Both the position numbers and the translations under genes were made by a program. A stretch of DNA of 32,000 bases from Promethearchaeum syntrophicum (GTDB taxonomy: Archaea > Asgardarchaeota > Lokiarchaeia > Sigyniarchaeales > Promethearchaeaceae): positions 2,220,001 through 2,252,000 of the forward strand of contig NZ_CP042905.2 in the NCBI RefSeq assembly GCF_008000775.2. Direction: 5' to 3'. The notes beneath the pieces were generated by a model. The model ran no database searches. It was given only the letters and a program-made list of their open reading frames with translations, and was not told where the DNA came from. Shown piece by piece: positions 8,897 to 16,889 of the stretch. Positions within the stretch are counted from its first letter, which is position 1, and the number at the start of each line of letters is the position of its first letter.

Positions 8897-9062
8897 AGAG
8901 TAAAATTTATCGCATCTCAATCTCACTCCCATTTTTTGGTCCCAGATGTCTAATTACAACTCTAAAAAATAATCAATGAATTTTTAAATTAACAAATCCC
9001 ATATGAATTTGGTGAGATGCACTCTTTAGCTTTCACTTGCAAACAATAGGAATGAGTTGAAA

Positions 9063-9560
9063 ATGTTTCAAAAAATAAAACCTGAAGAAATAGCCGACAA
9101 TACTTTCCAATTAATAAATAACGATTGGACTTTAATTGCAGCTGGAAATAGTAAGAAATATAATATGATGACCGCTTCATGGGCGGGAATGGGAATTCTT
9201 TGGAATAAACGGGTAGTTTTTATATTTATCCGACCAACACGTTATACTTATGAATTTACCGAAGAATCTGATATTTTTACATTAAATTTCTTTGAAGAGA
9301 AATATCGTTCCGTACTTAATTTGTGTGGATCCAAATCGGGACGAGATATAGATAAGATGAAAGAACCTGGATTAACTCCTCTTGAAGAGAATGGTGCTAT
9401 TTACTTCGAAGAAGCGCGATTAGCGTTAGTGTGTAAAAAAATCTATTTTCAAGATTTAATTCCATCTCAATTTCTGGATTCTCACATTGAGTCTCACTAT
9501 CCAAATCAAGACCACCATCGCATGTATATAGGTGAAATATTATCTGCTTATAGGAAATAA
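9063..9560 (+). CDS. Flavin reductase-like (FMN-binding split-barrel) domain protein
   Basis: MMTASWAGMGILWNKRVVFIFIRPTRYTYEFTEESDIFTLNF resembles the Flavin_Reduct family core. The track start at 9057 is TTG. I prefer the ATG at 9063 (MFQKIKPEE), which has an aggaatgag motif upstream. Confidence 0.7.
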   Translation: MFQKIKPEEIADNTFQLINNDWTLIAAGNSKKYNMMTASWAGMGILWNKRVVFIFIRPTRYTYEFTEESDIFTLNFFEEKYRSVLNLCGSKSGRDIDKMKEPGLTPLEENGAIYFEEARLALVCKKIYFQDLIPSQFLDSHIESHYPNQDHHRMYIGEILSAYRK

Positions 9561-9627
9561 CCCCGATTAAAGGAATGTTTGAAAAGAAATCAATGAAATT
9601 GAAAAAAAAGGACTAAAGAAAAAAAGT

Positions 9628-10290
9628 TTACATATCATCTTTATCTAAGAAGAAAACTGCAACACATGATATGATTACTACAATTTTTTGGGCTAGGGCA
9701 TGTCCATATCCAAATAATTCAATGCTGAAAGCAATATGCAATATAAACGCAATTAAATAAAACAAAATTGCTATGCCTGTGAGATATACCATTGATAAAT
9801 CAAGATAAAAATCGAAGTTTTTCTTTTCCTCTTTATTTTTTGGGCGATGTTTATTTGAATATCGAAGTAATTGCATAACACCGTTTAATATTCCAAAAGA
9901 TCCAATAAAGATGGCTGCACCTATAGCATGAAAAATTAATAAATCCTCGTTATCCCTTGGAATCGCTACTCCTATTGGTCCAATTGCTACAAACAACGCG
10001 ATAATTGCTTTTCCAGTATGAAAAAACAAATCCTTTTTAAAGAAATAAATTATAGCAACAATTAAAGCAATTCCGCCACTTGTATAAAGTCCAATGGAAA
10101 AGATCATAGAAGAGATTGTATTTTCCCCTCCAGATAAATTTGTTGTTCCACCTAAAGTGCTAATTGTATCTTGAAAGAAGTTATAATCATCAGTATATTG
10201 CCACCAAGCTAAAACAATTGTTAAAATTAAAACAATTGCTACTAACCAAACTAATAGACGTAAAACTGTTTGAATTTTCTGATCCGCCAT
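9628..10290 (-). CDS. Polytopic membrane protein (about 6 TM), unknown function; possibly DUF998-like
   Basis: ATG at 10288-10290. Hydrophobic helices occur throughout. The ISTLGG motif after TM1 is reminiscent of DUF998 proteins (weak, from memory). Confidence 0.6.
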   Translation of the reverse strand: MADQKIQTVLRLLVWLVAIVLILTIVLAWWQYTDDYNFFQDTISTLGGTTNLSGGENTISSMIFSIGLYTSGGIALIVAIIYFFKKDLFFHTGKAIIALFVAIGPIGVAIPRDNEDLLIFHAIGAAIFIGSFGILNGVMQLLRYSNKHRPKNKEEKKNFDFYLDLSMVYLTGIAILFYLIAFILHIAFSIELFGYGHALAQKIVVIISCVAVFFLDKDDM

Positions 10291-10336
10291 ATATATTATT
10301 TTGAAGATTATATATTAATATATTTTGGTGAAAAAT

Positions 10337-10948
10337 TCATTCCTTGATTAAAACAGCTCTCGTTAAACCGCCTTCTAAAGATACTTTGATGGGAAAACCT
10401 GAAAAAATATATTTTCCCGGTTTTACTAATCGAAGATCTAATCCTTCATACACTAAAATTTCCTTAGAAAGAAGCTCAACATGAGTTTCTCTAGGACCAA
10501 TTGTAAGACAATCAATACCAACCGCTTTAATTCCGATTTTATATAAATATTTCGCCCCATCCTTAGAAAGGTATATATAATCATCGCGAAATGTTTCATA
10601 ATCAGTTTTTGAGTTTCTAGTTTTAAATAAAATTATATCATTTTTCTTGATTTGGAATTTAAGCAAATCCTTTTCTGTAATACTTCCACCAAATGGAATT
10701 TCTTGTAAATCAAGTAATGAGGCATTACCGTAACATTTATTTAAATCAATTTGGTCAATTTTTTTACCATCGTCAAATAAATGAAATGAAGAATCTAAAT
10801 GTGTTCCTGTGTGGGTTCCAATTGAAAAAAAAGATAAATTCCAATTTTCTGGTGGATTTTTCTTAATAAATTTGAATGAAAATCCTGGATCCCCTGGATA
10901 TGTTAGCATCTTTTCATCAATTGCCATACTAATATCATAAATTTTCAT
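10337..10948 (-). CDS. Cyclase-family protein / kynurenine formamidase-like metal-dependent hydrolase
   Basis: HTGTHLDSSFH matches the HxGTHxDxPxH metal-binding signature of the cyclase (PF04199) family. The track start at 10990 is TTG. The ATG at 10946-10948 (MKIYDISM) gives the typical N-terminus. Confidence 0.75.
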   Translation of the reverse strand: MKIYDISMAIDEKMLTYPGDPGFSFKFIKKNPPENWNLSFFSIGTHTGTHLDSSFHLFDDGKKIDQIDLNKCYGNASLLDLQEIPFGGSITEKDLLKFQIKKNDIILFKTRNSKTDYETFRDDYIYLSKDGAKYLYKIGIKAVGIDCLTIGPRETHVELLSKEILVYEGLDLRLVKPGKYIFSGFPIKVSLEGGLTRAVLIKE

Positions 10949-11227
10949 AATTTTAACCCTTTTAAAAATTATTTTTATTATTGGTATCAAAAACTTCTTC
11001 TTATGTTCGATTCAATTCAACAATGCTTTTTAATTGGAGAGGTTTTTGTTATTCTTGAATAAAAGCAAATTATCTAGAAAAAAAATCAGATCTTGAAAAA
11101 TTGGGATTATTAATAGGAGAAAACGATGCTACGAAATGAAAAATTCTCTATTATAAAATTATTAAAAATTTCATCACTAAGAAGATATTCCAAATAATTT
11201 TTATTTTCCACTATCATAAGGAGTAGT

Positions 11228-12382
11228 ATGAGAATAAATCAGAAATCAATAATATATCTAATCATACTCCTTTACCTTTCATGCATTCCTTCATTATTTT
11301 TAACGAATTATTGTAATGCCGAAAATTCCAATGATCTAGATTTCCCTCTTCGACGGTATGGTCATAGAATGGTTTATCTTCCTGAAGATGAGTCAATTTT
11401 CTTGTTTGGTGGTGAATTTGAGTATGAAAATAATTTAAATTTAAATAATACTTGGAAATATGATTATGTATCGAATTCCTGGCGAATAATATCAACAACT
11501 TCATCACCAATTTCCCGTTTCAATCATGGGATGGTTTATGATTCAAAGAATCAGCAAATAATTCTATTTGGGGGTGCAGATATTCAAAATTATAATCGAC
11601 TTGGTGATACTTGGATTTTTGATCTCAATGAAAATCAATGGTCACAACTAAATATTCCAAATTCTCCTCCCATTCGAAGTGATATGTCATATTACTATGA
11701 TGAGGTATTGGAAGCATTGATTATTTTTGGTGGCTATTCACAATATGATACAAGATTAGATGATACTTGGTGTTTTTACACTCGTAATAATACTTGGGTC
11801 GAAATTAATTCAACAAATTTCCCCGCTGCTCGTTATGGACATCAAATGATATATGATCCAGTAAATAATGTCGGTTTAATGTATGGAGGAAATGATTTTG
11901 TAAAATATGATGATACATGGCAGTTTAACTCTTCAAATTTTGAATGGACAGAATTACATCCTTCAAATATCCCTATGGCGCGTTATTGGCATAATATGGT
12001 TTATAATGAGAATATTGAACAAGTTATTATCTTCGGTGGAAGAAATGACGCAAATAGGGAATATTTAACAAATGTTTGGAATTTTGATGTCCATCTAAAA
12101 GAATGGGAAGAAGTGCAAAATAATAATAATCCTTTCAGACGAGAAATGAGTTCAATGGTTTATCATAACCAAAGTAATGTAATTGTTTTATTTGGTGGAA
12201 TAGAAGGATTCGATTCTCAATCTTTATCAGATCTCTGGGTTTATGACCTCACCAATCAAAGTTGGAAAGAACTTAATTCATCAATATGGAATAACTGGAT
12301 ATTCTGGGTTATTTTATTGACTGGATTAATGGGAATACTTGGTTCAATTTCATATATAATCATTAGAAAAAAGAAGAATTGA
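11228..12382 (+). CDS. Secreted, C-terminally membrane-anchored six-bladed Kelch-repeat beta-propeller protein
   Basis: Signal peptide IIYLIILLYLSCIPSLFLTNYCNA. There are six ~50-aa repeats, each with an (R)xxHxMVY strand, a hhFGG doublet and a (D/N)xW motif (FLFGGE, ILFGGA, IIFGGY, LMYGGN, IIFGGR, VLFGGI). The C-terminal TM is WIFWVILLTGLMGILGSISYIII followed by RKKKN. AAGGAG lies 5 nt upstream of the ATG. Confidence 0.85.
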   Translation: MRINQKSIIYLIILLYLSCIPSLFLTNYCNAENSNDLDFPLRRYGHRMVYLPEDESIFLFGGEFEYENNLNLNNTWKYDYVSNSWRIISTTSSPISRFNHGMVYDSKNQQIILFGGADIQNYNRLGDTWIFDLNENQWSQLNIPNSPPIRSDMSYYYDEVLEALIIFGGYSQYDTRLDDTWCFYTRNNTWVEINSTNFPAARYGHQMIYDPVNNVGLMYGGNDFVKYDDTWQFNSSNFEWTELHPSNIPMARYWHNMVYNENIEQVIIFGGRNDANREYLTNVWNFDVHLKEWEEVQNNNNPFRREMSSMVYHNQSNVIVLFGGIEGFDSQSLSDLWVYDLTNQSWKELNSSIWNNWIFWVILLTGLMGILGSISYIIIRKKKN

Positions 12383-12432
12383 AATAATCTACAATCAAAA
12401 TTGAACCAGTTTTAATCTTTCAAACAAGAAAA

Positions 12433-14499
12433 TTAATTCTTGGTTATTCGATGTTTAAGAAGAAATTTAATCAACAAATAAAAGAATAATACAATTAGTG
12501 GCAGATATGAGATTAACTCGAACCATAATGGTATCTCGATTATGTTAATATCTGTTTGTAAGAAATTCATACCCTCCTCCATGGATATTAAACCTATTAT
12601 TAGTCTGTATATAAATTTAAATATAGATGGGAATGCACTTGCAAAAATAATGCTTGCTGCTAAATATTCAGTTAATTTGCCCAGTTTAGATGAAAATCCA
12701 TGACCTATTTTCAAGATTATAATGGGAAAACCATCATCAATCCATTTATTTTTAAAATTTTTAATAATTTCATTAATTTCTTTATCTTGGTGTTTTTTAT
12801 ATGTATTTCCTTCATTTTTTCGATTATACTCTATATTTGAAGAATTTTCTCTTGGTTTTGTTGATTTTGAACTAACTAATTTATGAATTTCGTCTTTCAA
12901 AAATTTAATTTCATCTTTAATTGTTCTTAGATTTTTTTCCTCAATAGATGTTTTTGGCAAGAAATTTGATTCATAATCAATCTTTACATTATTAAAATTC
13001 AATTTAGCAAATGGTTCTAGAGAATAGCTTTGATCTATTTTTAAAAATGCAATACTTTGATATTCAATTCCACTTTCTGTTTTTTTAAAATAGAAATCAG
13101 TAAATTTTAGAGGCATTATCCCACCTTTATCAGTTTCGACAGTAATCACTAAATTACGAATTAGAAGGGCAAGATACTTGTACTTAGATTCCCAGTCTCC
13201 GATCTGTTTACACTTGAACACTGCTTGAAACTGTAAAAAAGTTCTTGTTCGGTGGGAATGTTCTAAATGCAGTGGTTTACCATCATTTCTAAAATTAATG
13301 ATTTCTCTTTGAACCTTATTTTTTTCATGATTTAATTTGTATAATACGAAATTCCAAGGTTGAGTAATCTCACTCGCAGTTTTTTTCTTTATTCCCTTAA
13401 TATAGGTCCAAAAATACGATTTCATTGATTCTTTGCGCAATTTTAAAATCAATCTTTTTTGTAAAGTCAAATAATATTGATATTTGTCAGGATTTTTTTG
13501 ATATTCTGGAAAATAATTAAAAATCAAAGGAAAATTGAAAGAATTTTCGATTTTTGGCCTGATTTTTTCATCTTTCCTAAGTTGAGGAGGGATATCTTCA
13601 ATATAATTACCATCAATTTCAAAAATCTTGATATTTCCAATAGAATCCGGTAATTTAATTAATAGATTATTTTCAATATTAAGATATTCTAAATCAGCTA
13701 ACCCAGTTAAGGATCTGTTTAATTCCGTTATTTTATTTTTACTTATATCTATGCGTTTTAATTTCTTGAGATATTTTATAGAATCAGGAATTTTTGTTAA
13801 ATTGTTATTTTTTAAGCTTATAGCTTGAAGATTGTTATTTTCCCCAATCAAGTTTTGAAAGGTTTTAATTGAGTTATTATTAATTAATACATTTTTTAAT
13901 TTAGTAAGTTTACTCATCGATTCAGGAATAAAGCTAATATTATTATTACTTAGATTAAGATATTCTAATTCTTGTAGTTCTCCCATAAATTTAGGTAATT
14001 TTACAATTTTATTATCATTTAAATTCAACCTATGCAATTTCTTCAGATCACAAAGCTTTTCTGGTAAATTTTCAATAGAATTTCTACTTATTTCAAGAAT
14101 TCTTAAATTATTGAATGAAGTTATAATTTCAGGAATTTTTCCTTCAAATAAGTTATCATTTAGTCTAAAATCTTTTAAATTAGAGAGTTTCCGTAAACTA
14201 TTTGGAAGATTTTTTAATAAATTAGATTCGATATTTAATACATTCAGATTTATGAGATTCCCAATTGATTCTGGTAATTCTCTTAATTCATTTTTGTTAA
14301 GAAATAATTTTTCCAATTTCTTTAGATTTCCAATAGAATCTGGCAATTCTTTAATATGACACTCGCTGAGGTCTAGCGTAACTATATGGTCGTCTATTGT
14401 CTCATAATTTGCTTTCTTCATTATTTCTCCTTCTGCAAATAACACTTCAAAGTAATTAATTAATATATCTTCTTCCTTCATTTCTCCATTCTTTATCAT
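12433..14499 (-). CDS. Leucine-rich-repeat protein (about 11 x 23-residue LRRs) with an unknown central domain, a coiled-coil segment and two C-terminal TM helices
   Basis: Residues ~38-300 are tandem LxxLxxLxLxxNxLxxLPxSIGxLxx units (for example LDLSECHIKELPDSIGNLKKLEKLFLNKNELRELPESIGNLINL). No signal peptide is present. The C-terminal hydrophobic segments are AASIIFASAFPSIFKFIYRLIIGLI and LWFELISYLPLIVLFFYLLIKFLL. Confidence 0.85.
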   Translation of the reverse strand: MIKNGEMKEEDILINYFEVLFAEGEIMKKANYETIDDHIVTLDLSECHIKELPDSIGNLKKLEKLFLNKNELRELPESIGNLINLNVLNIESNLLKNLPNSLRKLSNLKDFRLNDNLFEGKIPEIITSFNNLRILEISRNSIENLPEKLCDLKKLHRLNLNDNKIVKLPKFMGELQELEYLNLSNNNISFIPESMSKLTKLKNVLINNNSIKTFQNLIGENNNLQAISLKNNNLTKIPDSIKYLKKLKRIDISKNKITELNRSLTGLADLEYLNIENNLLIKLPDSIGNIKIFEIDGNYIEDIPPQLRKDEKIRPKIENSFNFPLIFNYFPEYQKNPDKYQYYLTLQKRLILKLRKESMKSYFWTYIKGIKKKTASEITQPWNFVLYKLNHEKNKVQREIINFRNDGKPLHLEHSHRTRTFLQFQAVFKCKQIGDWESKYKYLALLIRNLVITVETDKGGIMPLKFTDFYFKKTESGIEYQSIAFLKIDQSYSLEPFAKLNFNNVKIDYESNFLPKTSIEEKNLRTIKDEIKFLKDEIHKLVSSKSTKPRENSSNIEYNRKNEGNTYKKHQDKEINEIIKNFKNKWIDDGFPIIILKIGHGFSSKLGKLTEYLAASIIFASAFPSIFKFIYRLIIGLISMEEGMNFLQTDINIIEIPLWFELISYLPLIVLFFYLLIKFLLKHRITKN

Positions 14500-14548
14500 A
14501 TTAAATTCCTCAATTTATAATTCATTCTGAAGATAAAAAAATCTTTCA

Positions 14549-15919
14549 GTGTTATCTAAATTTCAAAAATTTTTTAATACAATCGACATAACAGAAAATA
14601 TGATTAATAAGGATAGATTACTTGGAACAGCTGGTGAACGAGGATGTCGTTTTGGATGTAAATATTGTTTTACTCGTGATTCGAATTATCACAGATATGA
14701 ACGGTTTGATTTACTCGAGACAAGGGAAATAATTGAAAGAGCGGAAACGGTTTCAATTATTCAACCTTTTTGCGATATCGAATTTTTATTTGTAGAAAAT
14801 TGGCAAAATTATTTAGATAAAATCGCCGCTACAAATAAAAATATCAGCTTTGCAAGCAAATCGGATCTCAGTGAAAATACTTTGCAAGATCTAAAAGAAT
14901 TAAATAAATTGCTTAAAAAGAACAAAAAGTGTTTAAATATTGGAATTACAATAGTTAAATTGAAAAATTGGAAAGATTATGAACCCAAAGCACCAGAACC
15001 AGATGTTAGAATTAATACTTTAAAAAAATTATGGAAAGCTGGTATACCTACAGTATTAATTATGAAACCTATGATGCCAAATATAACTTATGAAGAAATT
15101 GATGAAATTGTCGAATTAACTTATAGACATTGCTATGGCTATTTATCTGGTCCTTTATACTTAACGAACGAATTTGAAAAATATCTAAAAAAAAGAAAAG
15201 AATTTCATTATAATATCGAAAAGCAAGAAGTTTTATGGCAAAGAGATATGCCTGTTCTCCCGGTAATAAAAAGTTCCAAATTACAAGATTATTTAAAAGC
15301 TGCTGTAGAGAAGAAAAAAAGAAAATTCTTCACGAATAATATCGATGCTACTGAATTTTGCTGTGAAAGAATAAATAAAAATATCGAAGTTGTAGATCAA
15401 TGGTCAGAGGAAATAAGAAGAGAGAAATGTGGAACCGTTTATATCATAGATCAAAAAACTAAGAAGTTCCTAATGGTATTTCATCGAAAGTATGGAAAAT
15501 GGTTAGCTCCGGGAGGTCATTTAGAAGGTGAAGAAAGCACAAGAGAAACAGCGTTAAGAGAAGCGGAAGAAGAAATTGGAGTTAAACCTGTACCAATTAT
15601 GGGATTATTCGGTAAATTGGAAAGAAACGGAGAAATTTTCAGGGAGACTGAAAGAGGTATCGGTACTGATGAATTTTGTAGAGTTGAAGAATTTCTCGAA
15701 GGAGGGCTATGCCCCGATCCTCATATTCATGATGATGCAATTTTCGTTGCAACTTTACATCCCAAACAAATACCTAAGATAACTAATAAGATTGAAATTG
15801 CTAGTATCGCTTGGTTTTCATTAGAAGAAATCGAGAAAAACGGAACTTACGAAAATGTTATAATGATATGTCGAGCAATTCTACGTGAATTAAAGAAATC
15901 TGGATTAATCGAGCATTAG
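14549..15919 (+). CDS. Fusion protein: SplB/COG1533-like radical-SAM domain (N-terminal) plus Nudix hydrolase domain (C-terminal)
   Basis: CxxxCxxC cluster motif CRFGCKYC at aa 33-40 (nt 14645-14668). EPKAPEPDVRINTLKKLWKAGIPTVLIMKPMMPNITYEEIDEIV resembles the SplB-like family. Nudix box GGHLEGEESTRETALREAEEEIGV at aa 322-345 (nt 15512-15583). The start is GTG at 14549; the alternative ATG is at 14600. Confidence 0.8.
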   Translation: MLSKFQKFFNTIDITENMINKDRLLGTAGERGCRFGCKYCFTRDSNYHRYERFDLLETREIIERAETVSIIQPFCDIEFLFVENWQNYLDKIAATNKNISFASKSDLSENTLQDLKELNKLLKKNKKCLNIGITIVKLKNWKDYEPKAPEPDVRINTLKKLWKAGIPTVLIMKPMMPNITYEEIDEIVELTYRHCYGYLSGPLYLTNEFEKYLKKRKEFHYNIEKQEVLWQRDMPVLPVIKSSKLQDYLKAAVEKKKRKFFTNNIDATEFCCERINKNIEVVDQWSEEIRREKCGTVYIIDQKTKKFLMVFHRKYGKWLAPGGHLEGEESTRETALREAEEEIGVKPVPIMGLFGKLERNGEIFRETERGIGTDEFCRVEEFLEGGLCPDPHIHDDAIFVATLHPKQIPKITNKIEIASIAWFSLEEIEKNGTYENVIMICRAILRELKKSGLIEH

Positions 15920-15937
15920 AAAAATAGATAACTCTCC

Positions 15938-15950
15938 TTTTTTTTTATTT
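15938..15950 (+). terminator. T9 run following the radical-SAM/Nudix gene; possible oligo-T terminator overlapping the 3' end of the convergent gene
   Basis: ctcctttttttttattt starts ~19 nt after the TAG at 15917-15919. Confidence 0.3.
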
Positions 15951-16775
15951 GTTGAAAAAAATATTTCCAATTAAAATCAATATACCTCCAATAAGTTGTA
16001 ATAAGATGAAATTGGCACCAAATACAATAAATGAATACAATAACGTTATAACGCTTGAAAAAGAATAAATTATGAAAGCTTTATTTAATTCTATATGCTT
16101 TAAACTGGAAACAAATAGTGTCCATCCAACAAAATCAGAAAGGAATCCCTGTAAGAAAGCAAACATAACGCTAATGTCAATTGTAAATAATTCGTTTTTA
16201 GAAAATATAACACAAAGAATTAATAGAACTATGGAACATATTAAGTTTTTATAAAAAGTTATGCTATATTCATCATGTTTTTCTCTGAGTTTCTTTGTGA
16301 AATAATTGTTAATTGAAAAGAAAAGCATTGAAAAAGTTATTGTTAAGACTCCAAATTGATTAAAATTCAAGCTTTCTTGAAAATAAAAGACAAAACTTCC
16401 AATAATTACTAGGAATGCAGCAATTATTTTTTGAATTTCGACTTTTTCTTTAAGTAAGATATATGAAAGCCCCAATGTGAAAACTATTTGAGTTTGCCCT
16501 AAAAATCCGATAACCACTCCAGATAGGAACGTAAAAGAATAAAAGAATAGTGTTATTCCCAACACATAAAATAATATAGGAATTAAAAAATCTTTACTAA
16601 AAACGATCTTCTTCTTTTTAATTATAACAAACAAGGAAAGTGAAATAAAGCCCGAAATTATCGTATAAAATGAAAAAATCCAAACTCTCTTGAGGGTAAC
16701 TCCTAATTGTGAAAAAATGGGGGCAGATGAAATTAGGATCACTGCTAAAAAAATACGTAATGCTGATTTATTCAT
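15945..16775 (-). CDS. EamA/DMT-superfamily transporter (10 TM)
   Basis: Ten hydrophobic helices form two halves. Each half ends in an EamA-like xLLKEKVxxxxIIAAFLVIIG / FGANFxxLQLIGGILILIG motif. The track start at 16787 is TTG; I prefer the ATG at 16773-16775 (MNKSALRIF). Confidence 0.7.
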   Translation of the reverse strand: MNKSALRIFLAVILISSAPIFSQLGVTLKRVWIFSFYTIISGFISLSLFVIIKKKKIVFSKDFLIPILFYVLGITLFFYSFTFLSGVVIGFLGQTQIVFTLGLSYILLKEKVEIQKIIAAFLVIIGSFVFYFQESLNFNQFGVLTITFSMLFFSINNYFTKKLREKHDEYSITFYKNLICSIVLLILCVIFSKNELFTIDISVMFAFLQGFLSDFVGWTLFVSSLKHIELNKAFIIYSFSSVITLLYSFIVFGANFILLQLIGGILILIGNIFFNK

Positions 16776-16889
16776 TTTAAAAAACAAAAAAGGTGTGTAT
16801 ATTAAAAACTTTTATTTTTCTCTTTATTACCTTGAATTTAATTACAAAAAGGGAATTATTTTATCACAACTCTGATTGATTTTCAAAAT

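Noticed and set aside
8912-9020. 8-nt complementarity (gcatctca / tgagatgc) about 100 nt apart upstream of the flavin reductase gene; considered as a riboswitch or leader structure
   Set aside because: The pairing does not extend beyond 8 bp. I saw no FMN-riboswitch-like conserved blocks, so this is consistent with chance.
13628-14359. Two plus-strand ORFs (66 and 82 aa) with repeated ESGNSL/RFPI motifs
   Set aside because: They are antisense readings of the periodic LRR codons (ELP[DE]SIGNL). The periodic repeat keeps the opposite frame open by chance.
9057-16787. TTG-initiated N-terminal extensions proposed by the ORF track (9057, 10990, 16787)
   Set aside because: In each case an ATG a few codons downstream (9063, 10948, 16775) gives an N-terminus typical of the family. 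The extension has no supporting signal.
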